Positions 19,416-28,800 of a stretch of 55,902 bases of DNA are shown here, piece by piece. The DNA lies in the IMG/VR virus record IMGVR_UViG_3300017699_000061, positions 1 to 55,902 of that record; one strand, written 5' to 3'. Numbering within the stretch: position 1 is the first letter of the stretch; each line of letters opens with the position of its first letter. The notes below the pieces were generated by a model, which saw nothing but the letters and a program-made list of their open reading frames with translations, did not search any database and was not told the DNA's origin. The translations under genes were made by a program, and so were the position numbers. The stretch comes from a virus. Its lineage: Duplodnaviria > Caudoviricetes.

Positions 19416-19551
19416 TGAGTTCGACCCTCTTCTCCCAGAACGACGGCGTGCAGACCACGACGGCAATGACAGGCAAGGCAATGACTGTCATGACAGTTGC
19501 CCCAGCCGCGACTGCAAGCCCGAGATAGGCCAAAGCGACATTCTTGATCAT
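19408..19551 (-). CDS. Small membrane protein (47 aa, below ORF-track cutoff)
   Basis: MIKNVALAYLGLAVAAGATVMTVIALPVIAVVV..; SD ACGGAG. Confidence 0.55.
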   Translation of the reverse strand: MIKNVALAYLGLAVAAGATVMTVIALPVIAVVVCTPSFWEKRVELND

Positions 19552-19566
19552 CTTAATTCTCCGTTG

Positions 19567-21072
19567 TTAGAACCAGCTTCGAACAGGTCGACTCATGATC
19601 AGATCCGACATGTTCTTTTTGTTCCTGAGCACTTCCATAATGCGCTCATCCACAGTGTCAGGTGTCACTAGATCTATATAGGTCACAGGCTTGGTCTGTC
19701 CAATACGATGGTTACGATCTTCAGACTGCAACCTGTGTTCCAGATTGTAGCCGTTAGAGTAGTAGATAACCAGATTTGCCTCTGTCCACGTATTTCCAAA
19801 TCCCCCTGACTGAGGATTAGCCACCATAAACCGCGATTGGTTTTCTTGTACACAGGTTTCTTTGCCAACCACCTGATGATTTGCGTCTAAGGTTGGCCTC
19901 CAACCTTTGAACCGGAATACTCCGTCGTCTCTCTCGGTCCCGGTGATGGACCCATGATATTCAGAGACAGATCCCTTGCCGAATTTATCACGCAAGGCTC
20001 TCGCGACGTCGACCAGAGTCTGACGATACGTCGCCCAAATAATCACCTTCCCCTCGTAATCTTCGACAATATCCAAGAGAGTAGAGATGCGTTCGTTTTC
20101 AATGGACGCATATTCGTTGTCGCCAATCTTCAACTGGCCACAAACAATCTGATGTAGTTTAGTGATCTGGGACAGCACATTGATCACCTCAATCTCTGTG
20201 CCTTCCAACTCAAGTATAGCTTCATTCTTGAGTTGCGTGTACATCTGCTCCTGTTTAGGGGTTAACGGAACCACGCGTTGTGTATAGATCTTTGGTGGTA
20301 GATCCAGACACTGCTCTTTGAGAAGTTGATGCGAGAAGGACTTGACTGTCTCGGCCAATCTCTCTAGGTTTCTGTAGCCCACAACTCTCTGAAAGGTTCT
20401 AGCTCCTAAGTATTCGATCTCAATAACGCAGTAATTGTTGCGGAAGGCAAAATAACTGGTGAAACCAAGCAATCCCTTGCCAAGCACCATTGACTGTCCC
20501 CATAGATCCATGGGCGACTGGGTCACGGCTGTACCTGTCATGATCCTCTTGTAGGCACTTCTGAAGGCCCACACGTAGGTTTCTTTACTACGCTTGGAGT
20601 CATAGTGTTTCACGCAGGTCGACTCGTCAACTACAAGCATCACACGCTTGTGAGCTTTGTAGAATTGTTCGAGGACCTTGCTTCCACCAAAAGCCAACGA
20701 CTCGATATTAACGACCAGAATTGGCAGTCGATCACGGCCTGTACGGCACAACGACTTCATCGAATTCTTGAATGCTACGCTACTAGCTTTCAGCGAAGAG
20801 AACAGCACAGTCTCACGCTTGATCCTGTCAGGCAAGTGAGCTGGGATCTCGTAGCGAGTCCAGTTGGCGTATTCACCTTTCTTTGCTGTAATCACCACAG
20901 CATCGATCTGGTTTGTCTCAAATAGATATCCGAAAGTATTGATGGCGATCCATGACTTACCAAGACCCATCTCAATAAAGAAGGCCCAAGCTTTCTTGTC
21001 CTTGGTTTCTTCAAAGACTTTGAGCTGGTTTTCATAGAAGGGTTGAGTCTTGAATTCATACTGGAAGGTCAT
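19567..21072 (-). CDS. SNF2-family (SF2) DNA helicase/ATPase
   Basis: EMGLGKS (I), VVDES (II), MTGT (III), QSEDRNHRIGQ (VI). Confidence 0.92.
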   Translation of the reverse strand: MTFQYEFKTQPFYENQLKVFEETKDKKAWAFFIEMGLGKSWIAINTFGYLFETNQIDAVVITAKKGEYANWTRYEIPAHLPDRIKRETVLFSSLKASSVAFKNSMKSLCRTGRDRLPILVVNIESLAFGGSKVLEQFYKAHKRVMLVVDESTCVKHYDSKRSKETYVWAFRSAYKRIMTGTAVTQSPMDLWGQSMVLGKGLLGFTSYFAFRNNYCVIEIEYLGARTFQRVVGYRNLERLAETVKSFSHQLLKEQCLDLPPKIYTQRVVPLTPKQEQMYTQLKNEAILELEGTEIEVINVLSQITKLHQIVCGQLKIGDNEYASIENERISTLLDIVEDYEGKVIIWATYRQTLVDVARALRDKFGKGSVSEYHGSITGTERDDGVFRFKGWRPTLDANHQVVGKETCVQENQSRFMVANPQSGGFGNTWTEANLVIYYSNGYNLEHRLQSEDRNHRIGQTKPVTYIDLVTPDTVDERIMEVLRNKKNMSDLIMSRPVRSWF

Positions 21073-21171
21073 TTCGTGGATCCTGTGTAATCAGTGGACT
21101 TCTACCGGTGTATCCAATGGGGTTCGATATGTCTGGATTATCCGTTAATTCCACATATCTTCATATGAAGA

Positions 21172-21204
21172 AGGCCGGAGGACACTTTATGCATCCACCG
21201 GCCT
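21172..21204 (-). terminator. Putative intrinsic terminator
   Basis: AGGCCGG..CCGGCCT stem followed by TCTTC on the minus strand, just after the stop at 21234. Confidence 0.5.
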
Positions 21205-21233
21205 GACATGTTCTTATTTGCCTCTTCTATAGA

Positions 21234-22085
21234 CTAGAAGGGGATGTCCTTATCCTGGTCGATGGCGCCACCACCATCACCGCCACCAGCACCAGACATG
21301 GCCGTGTCGCCAACCACAGGTTCCGCCGAGCGCTTGACGTCACCAGCTTCGATCAGCTGGTAGAACATCTTGGCCTGGTCATAGACCGCCTTGGACACGA
21401 TGTCTCTCTTCTCGATGCTGAGCTGCCACCAGGAATTGTTGGCCTTCTGTTCGAGAACCGTCCTGAGCTGGTAGGCATAGAGCCACCGAGGAGCGATGAT
21501 CTCTGTCCCAGGAATGCGGGTCGTCAGCAACTCATTGTTCCATCGACGATTGACCTTCAGACCGGTCGACTTGAGGGTCGTGACGCACTGTCCCCAGACT
21601 CCGGTCTCGGGATCCTTGTACAGGCCGTAGTGGTAGGCCGTCTCGATCAGCAGATTGCCATTCGGGAGAATGGGCTGCTTTCGATCGTTGGGCTTGGCTT
21701 CTTGACGAATATCCGAGGCGACCGGATATTCTGCGACCCATCCACCACCCTTGTCCCGGTCCACCCACTCGACGAGCTTGCGCTCATAAGCGCAGTTGAC
21801 GAAGATGAGGCCTTCCTTGCGACCCTCGTAGACGTCGAGAGAGACGTTGTTGAGGAACATGGAAGCCTGAGCACCTTCGATGAACTGAGGAGCGCCCGGA
21901 TTGACCTGAGGAGACAGACCCTGAAGGATGGCGATATACGGGAGAGCAACGTCTCCAGCATCCATGTCAGATACACCAGCACCAGCGTCACGCTGGAGGT
22001 CGGCAAGGTTCATGCCCTCAGGAAGCACGATCCCGGTATTCTCAGCCTTGGCGACTTCTGTCGAAGCCTTGGTAGCAGCAGCCAT
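21234..22085 (-). CDS. Phage ssDNA-binding/annealing protein (putative)
   Basis: PYIAILQGLSPQ motif; flexible acidic tail ending DKDIPF; replication module. Confidence 0.6.
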   Translation of the reverse strand: MAAATKASTEVAKAENTGIVLPEGMNLADLQRDAGAGVSDMDAGDVALPYIAILQGLSPQVNPGAPQFIEGAQASMFLNNVSLDVYEGRKEGLIFVNCAYERKLVEWVDRDKGGGWVAEYPVASDIRQEAKPNDRKQPILPNGNLLIETAYHYGLYKDPETGVWGQCVTTLKSTGLKVNRRWNNELLTTRIPGTEIIAPRWLYAYQLRTVLEQKANNSWWQLSIEKRDIVSKAVYDQAKMFYQLIEAGDVKRSAEPVVGDTAMSGAGGGDGGGAIDQDKDIPF

Positions 22086-22149
22086 TGAAGTTCTCCATTG
22101 ATTAGCCCCTTGTTGTTCGTGGCCAGAGGCATACCACCTTCGTTGGAGA

Positions 22150-22728
22150 TTAGACCTTCTTCTTCACTTTGGGAAGTGTGATCTTGGCCTTTTCGCCGAC
22201 AAATACCGTGAATAGATCAGGAAGCGGAGTGCCGGCTTCGATCTGTTCTTTCGCAAACGCCTTGAGTGTAGAGTGGTGGACAGACTCATCGAGAGCAACG
22301 TCGAAACCTTCGCTCTTCAGGTCTTCCATGAGTTCCTTTGCATCGGCTCGAGCCTCAGTGCCCTTGCCGAAGGGGATCACGACGTCGGTCTTGATGAGTG
22401 GTCCGTGGCCATTCTCTTCGAGCCAGGCATAAGCCAGCGGGCGGTTCTCGACCTTGATTGAGGCGCCGTAGAACTTCTCGACAGAGATGGATGCACCATC
22501 CTCAAGCTTGAAGCTTCGCATGCCAAGTTCGAGCATGGCATTGGGCAGGTCCATTTCAGAGATCTGCTTGAACTGAGCGTTCAGTTCCTTGAGCCTCTCT
22601 TCGACTTCTTCGATCTGACCTGCCAGCGACAATTGACGCATGGCCAGTGTCGAGATAGTCATCAAAGAAGCATCGGGGGCCTTGATTTCTGCTGAGTCTT
22701 TCAGCGCGGCGCTAAGAACGTCGTCCAT
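22150..22728 (-). CDS. Conserved phage replication-module protein
   Basis: LPNAM.ELG..SF.L.DG, AWLEENGHG.LIK and VHHSTLKAF..E pattern commonly found next to phage SSB genes. Confidence 0.6.
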   Translation of the reverse strand: MDDVLSAALKDSAEIKAPDASLMTISTLAMRQLSLAGQIEEVEERLKELNAQFKQISEMDLPNAMLELGMRSFKLEDGASISVEKFYGASIKVENRPLAYAWLEENGHGPLIKTDVVIPFGKGTEARADAKELMEDLKSEGFDVALDESVHHSTLKAFAKEQIEAGTPLPDLFTVFVGEKAKITLPKVKKKV

Positions 22729-22738
22729 GATATTCCTC

Positions 22739-23047
22739 TCAGTCTATGGAGATTTTGATGGGAAGATACTTACGCTCACGGCGCATCCATTTGAGCATAT
22801 TGACAGGCTCAGGATAGCAATTGTTAAAGACGATAGTTGTGGCAAGTCCAATGGCCACAGGATCTCCGGTCAAAAGGAGATAATCATCCACCTGAAAATT
22901 GATCAGAACTTCTCGGAGTTTTGAAACAGTAAACTCATACGAGAAATTGGCATCTCCCGGAGGGAGGATAGTCTTGACTCGGCCATATTCAAGGGCCGGG
23001 GCCAAATCATGGTTTGGCTGTTCTTGAACTACATAGACTATAGGCAC
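22739..23047 (-). CDS. Hypothetical conserved phage protein
   Basis: VYVVQE..A..YG..DYLLLTGDP pattern; SD GAGGAG; own promoter. Confidence 0.65.
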   Translation of the reverse strand: MPIVYVVQEQPNHDLAPALEYGRVKTILPPGDANFSYEFTVSKLREVLINFQVDDYLLLTGDPVAIGLATTIVFNNCYPEPVNMLKWMRRERKYLPIKISID

Positions 23048-23072
23048 TTATAAGGTCTCCTCTCTGATAGTT

Positions 23073-23101
23073 AATATAGACTCGTAGATCAATAAAGTAC
23101 A
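23073..23101 (-). promoter_or_regulatory. Phage promoter
   Basis: TGTACT-N17-TATATT. Confidence 0.65.
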
Positions 23102-23126
23102 TTTCAGATATTGCCAATGCTAGATC

Positions 23127-23546
23127 TTATTGTCCCCTAAGTATTGCATCATAGATATCACGCCATTCATCTCTCATCAGTGGGCTACTTGCAGACTCTT
23201 TGAGACTATACACATCAACTACTATCCAATCTTTGTACATAGTTCTCTGGCTGTCCAACAAAGTCCGGGTGTTGTAAAGCAACACAGTATTGCCATCAAG
23301 AGCCAGAGTCCATAGGTTCTTGTAGTCTGAATGTCGAGCTCTTTTGCGACGCCAGGCAAGCTGAAAGGTCTCAAACTTCATCTCACCCTTGCGGATGATC
23401 TTGGTCTCGATCCATCCCTGAATGCCTTTGATAGCATAAGAGATATCGGGGGTGCCTGACTCGGTTGTATTCTCAACACGAGAATGATCACCCCAGAGAA
23501 GAAGCTTCTTCTTGACATGATTGCGGTAGAATTCGGTTTCGTTCAT
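23127..23546 (-). CDS. PD-(D/E)XK nuclease, VRR-NUC/Holliday-junction-resolvase-like
   Basis: RVEN...GTPD...WIETK...Q..W motif. Confidence 0.78.
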   Translation of the reverse strand: MNETEFYRNHVKKKLLLWGDHSRVENTTESGTPDISYAIKGIQGWIETKIIRKGEMKFETFQLAWRRKRARHSDYKNLWTLALDGNTVLLYNTRTLLDSQRTMYKDWIVVDVYSLKESASSPLMRDEWRDIYDAILRGQ

Positions 23547-23803
23547 CAGAAGAGACTCAGTTGAACAGGTCGTTGATGTTTCACTTTTGCCGGAGGTTTG
23601 GCTTTGACTTCTCGATGAAGACCTATGCCAAGTCTTGCTCTTTCAGACTCGCATTTTTGTAGATGTTCTTTTACCTTGCCTTCCTTGAATGCAAGAAGCG
23701 TGTCATACCCGCCTTGGCCTATTCTACCGTCTGCGTAATATATGTAGTAGAATTCAGCTCCGTTGGCCTTGACTATTTGAGCATCAGAATAGACCTGCGA
23801 CAT
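23546..23803 (-). CDS. Hypothetical protein
   Basis: 85-aa ORF coupled to neighbours; ends QLSLF (beta-clamp-binding-like). Confidence 0.55.
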   Translation of the reverse strand: MSQVYSDAQIVKANGAEFYYIYYADGRIGQGGYDTLLAFKEGKVKEHLQKCESERARLGIGLHREVKAKPPAKVKHQRPVQLSLF

Positions 23804-25814
23804 ATTCTTTCACCTCTCCCCAACTGTCTCCGACATCTGGTGATGCGTCAAACGGAATAGTCGTCTCGATAGCATGTTCCATGATCTCTTGCGTCCTGAT
23901 GAGTTCTCGGTCACTATTGACTGTGCGCCCTAGCTCATCGTAGACCTGTATCTGAGGTGTGAGGTTCTCTCCGTCAAGAATGATGATGCACTTCTTGATC
24001 TGATCTGCTGCGGATCCTTGAACCAGAGCATTCAATGCTTTATGGACCATGGCTCGCGCCACATTCTCAGCACCCCACTTATCACAGGCCTCTTCATACG
24101 AAGGAACGGGTTTATTCCAAATGAAGGCATTATCGTGTTTGTCGGGAGAATACGCCTTCTCCCACATATTGAAGCGTCGTTTACGCCCGAGAATGGTTTG
24201 GATCCATCCTCGCTTGTTGACCATTTCCATGCACTTCTCTTCAAGCTTCTTGACGTAGGGCACACCCTCGTGATAGGCTCGAAAGATCTCGTCTGCGACC
24301 TTACGTGGCAGGTTCAGCTTCTTGGCCAGTTTGGCCTTGCCCATACCATATGCAGATCCAAGGTTGATGTCCTTGGCGTTACGACGACCAATGTCCTTGC
24401 CTGACTTCTCTTTGACAAGATCAGCAGTCAGCTGGTGGTAGTCGGCTTTGGGGTTGTCAAGATAGACCTGACGTGCCTCGGCTGCTCCTTGAAGACCGAG
24501 GAGGAAGGCGTAATGAAGCAGGATCCTGGGCTCTTGTTGGCTGTAGTCCCATTTGCCCCACTTACCGCCATGGTCCGGGACGAACACGCCGCGGACCTTT
24601 TTGCCCCACAGAGGAGATCTGGTAGGAATGTTCGTGAGGTTGGGCTTTGATGAAGCAATGCGACCTGATCTCGTGCCCTTGCTCTTGCCACCGTCCTCTT
24701 CTTCATCCATAGCACGCAACTGATGCCAATTCGGATGAAGCCGTCCATTGACGTGCTTCTCGAGGATCATGCCCTCGATGAAGTCTGCACGTATCTTATG
24801 AAGTGTGCGCCACTCATTGAGTTGTTTGCAGAATTGGTCGTCTTGGGTTTCAAGCCAATCGCCGTTAACAGACAAGTTCAATTCACCTGTCTTCTTATTG
24901 ATTGTTCCAGTTGTGGGTAGCTCGAGTCCTCGCGCTTGTAGAACGGCGATCAGGTGCTTGCTTGAGCCGAGATTGATCCGATACCCTGCCATGTCAGCAA
25001 GAACATCGTAGATGTCGTCTTCGGCTTTACGCATCTCTTTGCTGAGGATCTCTGCTTTGTCGAGATCTACTCTAACACCATTAAGACGCATCTTGAATAG
25101 AATAGGTTGAAGCTGTTGCTCCAACAAAAAGATGTCCCAGACTTCATCAGCCTTTAAGGCTTGTTCTTGTTCAAGGAAGATGAGCACCGGGTTCTCAGCG
25201 TCATCTTCAGCATACTCGCCGACATATTCTGACGGCAGGAACTTCATATGCTTCTTGGGATCTGCCCCATAACAGGCAGCAGCTTCTCTAAGCTTTGCTT
25301 CATTCTTACCATAACCGAGGTAGTCTTTGGAGAGCACCTCAAGGCTGTAACCGTCGATCTTTTCTTCATTCAGAAGAGGTTCAGCGACCTGAATATCGCA
25401 AAGGTCGCCAAAGATCTTAATATCAATGGAGTTGAGAGCCTCCAATTCATAGGTTAGATTTGCGCCACACTTGGGTTGTCGGGCATCTTTCAGCTGATGC
25501 TTGACATATGATATCACCTGTGTCTTGTCAAGGTTTCCCTCGACATGGCCGAATGGCAAATAGATCTTGCGACCATTCTCGTCTGCAAGTGAAATGCCAA
25601 TGACCTCGGCGTCTCCACGAATAAAGCCCGGGCCCTGTTCTTGAAGGTTTGGGTCATTCGTCTCGACGTCAAGGCCAATGTATTCCGACTTAGAGAAGTC
25701 TGGCCATTTGGTTGAGTCTACAGGCACACTCCAAGTCTTATCAGGAGTGAACATAGGCAACTGGTTCACATCATGAATAGTCTTGGAGCCACGTCTTACC
25801 GGTTTTCTAGCCAT
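23784..25814 (-). CDS. polA: DNA polymerase family A with 3'-5' exonuclease
   Basis: DVET (ExoI), SGR.ASSKPNL.NIP, DYSQQEPR (A), R..AK..NLG..YG (B), NALVQGSAAD, QVYDE (C). Confidence 0.93.
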   Translation of the reverse strand: MARKPVRRGSKTIHDVNQLPMFTPDKTWSVPVDSTKWPDFSKSEYIGLDVETNDPNLQEQGPGFIRGDAEVIGISLADENGRKIYLPFGHVEGNLDKTQVISYVKHQLKDARQPKCGANLTYELEALNSIDIKIFGDLCDIQVAEPLLNEEKIDGYSLEVLSKDYLGYGKNEAKLREAAACYGADPKKHMKFLPSEYVGEYAEDDAENPVLIFLEQEQALKADEVWDIFLLEQQLQPILFKMRLNGVRVDLDKAEILSKEMRKAEDDIYDVLADMAGYRINLGSSKHLIAVLQARGLELPTTGTINKKTGELNLSVNGDWLETQDDQFCKQLNEWRTLHKIRADFIEGMILEKHVNGRLHPNWHQLRAMDEEEDGGKSKGTRSGRIASSKPNLTNIPTRSPLWGKKVRGVFVPDHGGKWGKWDYSQQEPRILLHYAFLLGLQGAAEARQVYLDNPKADYHQLTADLVKEKSGKDIGRRNAKDINLGSAYGMGKAKLAKKLNLPRKVADEIFRAYHEGVPYVKKLEEKCMEMVNKRGWIQTILGRKRRFNMWEKAYSPDKHDNAFIWNKPVPSYEEACDKWGAENVARAMVHKALNALVQGSAADQIKKCIIILDGENLTPQIQVYDELGRTVNSDRELIRTQEIMEHAIETTIPFDASPDVGDSWGEVKEYVAGLF

Positions 25815-26331
25815 TGATATGCAACCGCGCTCCCTGAGCAAGATTTGGCCTGTTGTCCCTGAGATGTTGCATAAGACTTGAGGCCAATGGAGACTCAAAC
25901 CTTGCCCAGCCTTTGGGTCCTCCTTCAGAATTGATCCACAGGTCTTTTACTTCGGGATGCGGATATTCTTCGAGAAACACAATACGCGTGCATCCAGTAT
26001 TGAGCAGTGATTTGACGCACTGCATACAAGGCGAAGACGTTGTGTAGCAGGTGTCGATTTCCTCGACATTGCGACATTGGATCAGCGCGTTCATCTCGGC
26101 ATGAGAAGCCAAGCATGCGTCTAATCCTGTCCCCGACGGAAGATCGGCCCCAGGGCATTTGTGATCGATGCAGTGTTGGATGCCTCTTGGCACGCCATTA
26201 CGACCAACGCCTATGACGTGGTTGAGACGATTTGTGAGGACGCAACCAACCATTCGCCTGAAGCAGGTTGACCCTGCTCCAGCGAGAATGGCCTGGCACA
26301 TGAAGATCTCGTCGTTAAACATGCGTTGCAA
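25807..26331 (-). CDS. dCMP deaminase
   Basis: STC..R.VG, HAE.NA and SPC..C zinc motifs; start re-called at TTG 26331 after SD GGAGG (alternative ATG 26322). Confidence 0.88.
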   Translation of the reverse strand: MQRMFNDEIFMCQAILAGAGSTCFRRMVGCVLTNRLNHVIGVGRNGVPRGIQHCIDHKCPGADLPSGTGLDACLASHAEMNALIQCRNVEEIDTCYTTSSPCMQCVKSLLNTGCTRIVFLEEYPHPEVKDLWINSEGGPKGWARFESPLASSLMQHLRDNRPNLAQGARLHING

Positions 26332-27118
26332 GACGAAAACCCTCCAGAATGCCGCCACCTTTGGCGTTGCCCCACAACCACTCAACTAGATCTTCGGGTC
26401 CCACGAACCAGTCCAGCGGATCAAATGGGCGATACACCTCGGGAAACACGTCATCGGACAGAATGACCTTGACCTTCTCGAGGTTCGACTCATACAGGTG
26501 CTGAGAACCTGCAGTCAGCGTGATATTGCCCAGCCTGACAGTCAGACCAAGCCTACGCAGGTAAAGGGCCAAATACCCAGACAGCATGGAAAAATTGAAG
26601 ATGTCATAGGGCCAGCCGAGATATGCATCGGAAGAACGCATGGTGTCGAAGCAGTACAGAACACCATCTCGGATGAGCCACTGAACGGAGATAGTGCATG
26701 GCACATCTTTGGTCTTGGGCGGATTTTCACGCCAGATATTGATGACAGCTTGACGACTACTTGGATCGTCAATCAAAGCTCTGGCAACGCCGGCAATCTG
26801 ATCGACGATCTTGGGCCCATAGGATCCGAAGAACCTGACTCCATCGTCGCTGAACTTGGAAATGTCCTTGCTGAACGGCGCGATGTCATCCACGCGATTG
26901 CTGCCCGAAAGGATCCAGGCGGCTTCTGCTGCCATGAACTTGTAGCCGACCTTGCGGAATGGCAGGGTCAGGATCGGATAGGCCATATTGACCTTGGACT
27001 GATAGCCCATCATCTCGAGACAGGGCAGTCCACGAGGGGAAGTCCTGTTTCCATATTTGACGATATCACTGGCAACAGACAGCCAGGCTTGGTTTGCGGT
27101 GTATGCTGGCTTAAACAC
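26315..27118 (-). CDS. Thymidylate-synthase homologue, predicted dCMP C5-modifying enzyme (methylase/hydroxymethylase/hydroxylase)
   Basis: AE..W, YG, SRQA, catalytic PC, MRSSD...GWPYD (Asp in place of ThyA Asn), HLY. Confidence 0.8.
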   Translation of the reverse strand: MFKPAYTANQAWLSVASDIVKYGNRTSPRGLPCLEMMGYQSKVNMAYPILTLPFRKVGYKFMAAEAAWILSGSNRVDDIAPFSKDISKFSDDGVRFFGSYGPKIVDQIAGVARALIDDPSSRQAVINIWRENPPKTKDVPCTISVQWLIRDGVLYCFDTMRSSDAYLGWPYDIFNFSMLSGYLALYLRRLGLTVRLGNITLTAGSQHLYESNLEKVKVILSDDVFPEVYRPFDPLDWFVGPEDLVEWLWGNAKGGGILEGFRLATHV

Positions 27119-28073
27119 TGATAAGTCCCTTCATGAATTCGAGATCAGTGAGATCGTTCGGGGCGAACCGACGATACCACTGCGGATGCTTTATCATAGC
27201 ATGTTCGATTGAACAACGACACAGCGCATTTGAAGCACTATGGCCAAGCGCGACAATATGAGTTGGTGCTGTTTCTTCGACGTAGTCATTGAGATCAGCG
27301 ACAACGCCATCAGCTTCACGGGAATTGACCCAGGCCAGCTTGTCCTCGTTGATGCCCAACTTCTGCAAGGCTTCAGTGATCCACAGCGAACTGTTGCCAT
27401 GTTCGAAAAACGGCCAGACATCTCGGCGAGTCTTCGGATTGCTTTGATCACCAACCAGAAGGATTTTCGGGCGATAGCTGTTACCAGCCACTAGCCGATT
27501 TTCTGGATCGAGCCATTCAGGTGCAACAATATCCTTGACAGACCATGCGTGATCAATAACCCACTTGCAATATTCGTCCAGGTGACGTCCATGGCTGTCG
27601 ATGTCGTAGTGAACGGCATCGAAGCGGGGTCCCATGGTGCGGTATAGATCGGCGTAGGCCTCATATACTCCCTGCATGGTGGAGAACATTTCATCACGAG
27701 ACTCCTTCAATTTGTCGAAGCGTTCGTAATAGGCTTTCTGATCACTCGGCACACAGAATACATATGTGACCCCATGCTTGAGAGCGACGCGATCCAACAG
27801 ACGCCCACCCAAGGGCCACTTACTCCCACCACGAAATACATCGGCATAGATCTTCTCCGAAGGCCACCAGCGATCAAGAATGACAGGCTTGTGCCTGGCA
27901 TATTTCAGACACAGCTCGATCGCAGCCGTGTGATAGTCGAACATACGGTCCTTGAACCGATACGTCAGATGGATGTATTTCGAGTCGCCGAGATACTCGG
28001 CCAACTTGTTGCAGAGCGTCGTTTTGCCTGATCCATCAGGACCTTCGATGACGAAGATAGGAAAATTGCTCAT
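27111..28073 (-). CDS. dNMP (thymidylate-type) kinase fused to a C-terminal uracil-DNA-glycosylase-like domain
   Basis: EGPDGSGKTT P-loop and LDR..SE..Y; C-terminal ILLVGD..N, PF, WVN, IVALG..A and HP motifs. Confidence 0.75.
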   Translation of the reverse strand: MSNFPIFVIEGPDGSGKTTLCNKLAEYLGDSKYIHLTYRFKDRMFDYHTAAIELCLKYARHKPVILDRWWPSEKIYADVFRGGSKWPLGGRLLDRVALKHGVTYVFCVPSDQKAYYERFDKLKESRDEMFSTMQGVYEAYADLYRTMGPRFDAVHYDIDSHGRHLDEYCKWVIDHAWSVKDIVAPEWLDPENRLVAGNSYRPKILLVGDQSNPKTRRDVWPFFEHGNSSLWITEALQKLGINEDKLAWVNSREADGVVADLNDYVEETAPTHIVALGHSASNALCRCSIEHAMIKHPQWYRRFAPNDLTDLEFMKGLISV

Positions 28074-28354
28074 CGTTTGATCCCGTATTCAACCTCAAGA
28101 AGAAGAGTATATTGCTCTTCCAGTTTGTCTCGAATTGATGGATCTGCCATCTGCATGACCTTGGCTGTCGCTCGGGCAAGTATGACCAATGCCGCCGTGT
28201 CGCACAACATAAAGGATCCAGCAAGTTTACCCAGATTGTTGGTTATGTCCCCAACACATTCTTGAATTACCTGTTCATATGTCTGGGTGTTGACCGATGA
28301 ACAGTGACAGACAAAGATAGAGTTCTCAGCTTTGATTGCTGTAGACATTGTCAT
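28070..28354 (-). CDS. Hypothetical protein in the modification operon
   Basis: 94-aa ORF, ATGA coupling to the kinase gene. Confidence 0.55.
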   Translation of the reverse strand: MTMSTAIKAENSIFVCHCSSVNTQTYEQVIQECVGDITNNLGKLAGSFMLCDTAALVILARATAKVMQMADPSIRDKLEEQYTLLLEVEYGIKR

Positions 28355-28787
28355 TCACCAGGTCGCTGTGATCGGGAGCAGTCCATCCTTCTGGCTTGAC
28401 CACATCGTAAGCCGATCCGCGCTTGCTGTCAGAAGCCCGTTCAGCTCGCACCTTGGCCATATTGGCCTTGTGAACACGGCGCCACGCCTCCTTGAAGTCG
28501 AAGCCATGGAGATAGGACGTGCCGAGGGCGACGTAAACCAGGTCGACAAAGGCGTCGAGCATCTCCTCGAGATGCTTGTTCACCTTCTCGTGGTTCAGTT
28601 TCTCGAGGCCCAGTTCGAACTGGAGACCGACGGCATTGTCTTCGTATTCGCGCAACTCCTCCTTCATGAAGTCACGGCGGAAGATGCTCATCTCTCGGTC
28701 TAGGCCTCGCGGCTTGCCGTCATAGGCAAGCCCGAACTTCTCGTGGAATTCCGCAATGTCGCGGACGGGATCAAAGTCTTCGCTCAT
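28326..28787 (-). CDS. MazG-like / PRA-PH-family dNTP pyrophosphohydrolase
   Basis: EFH..FG, EEL.E, E.LDA..D..YV, VH.ANM.K and KP.GW motifs; start re-called after SD AGGAG. Confidence 0.82.
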   Translation of the reverse strand: MSEDFDPVRDIAEFHEKFGLAYDGKPRGLDREMSIFRRDFMKEELREYEDNAVGLQFELGLEKLNHEKVNKHLEEMLDAFVDLVYVALGTSYLHGFDFKEAWRRVHKANMAKVRAERASDSKRGSAYDVVKPEGWTAPDHSDLVNDNVYSNQS

Positions 28788-28800
28788 GGTAATCTCCTGG

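Noticed and set aside
26315-27118. dUMP hydroxymethylase / hypermodified thymidine pathway
   Set aside because: The specificity residue is Asp rather than Asn, a canonical ThyA is present, and I recognised no 5-hmdU DNA kinase or amino-acid transferase
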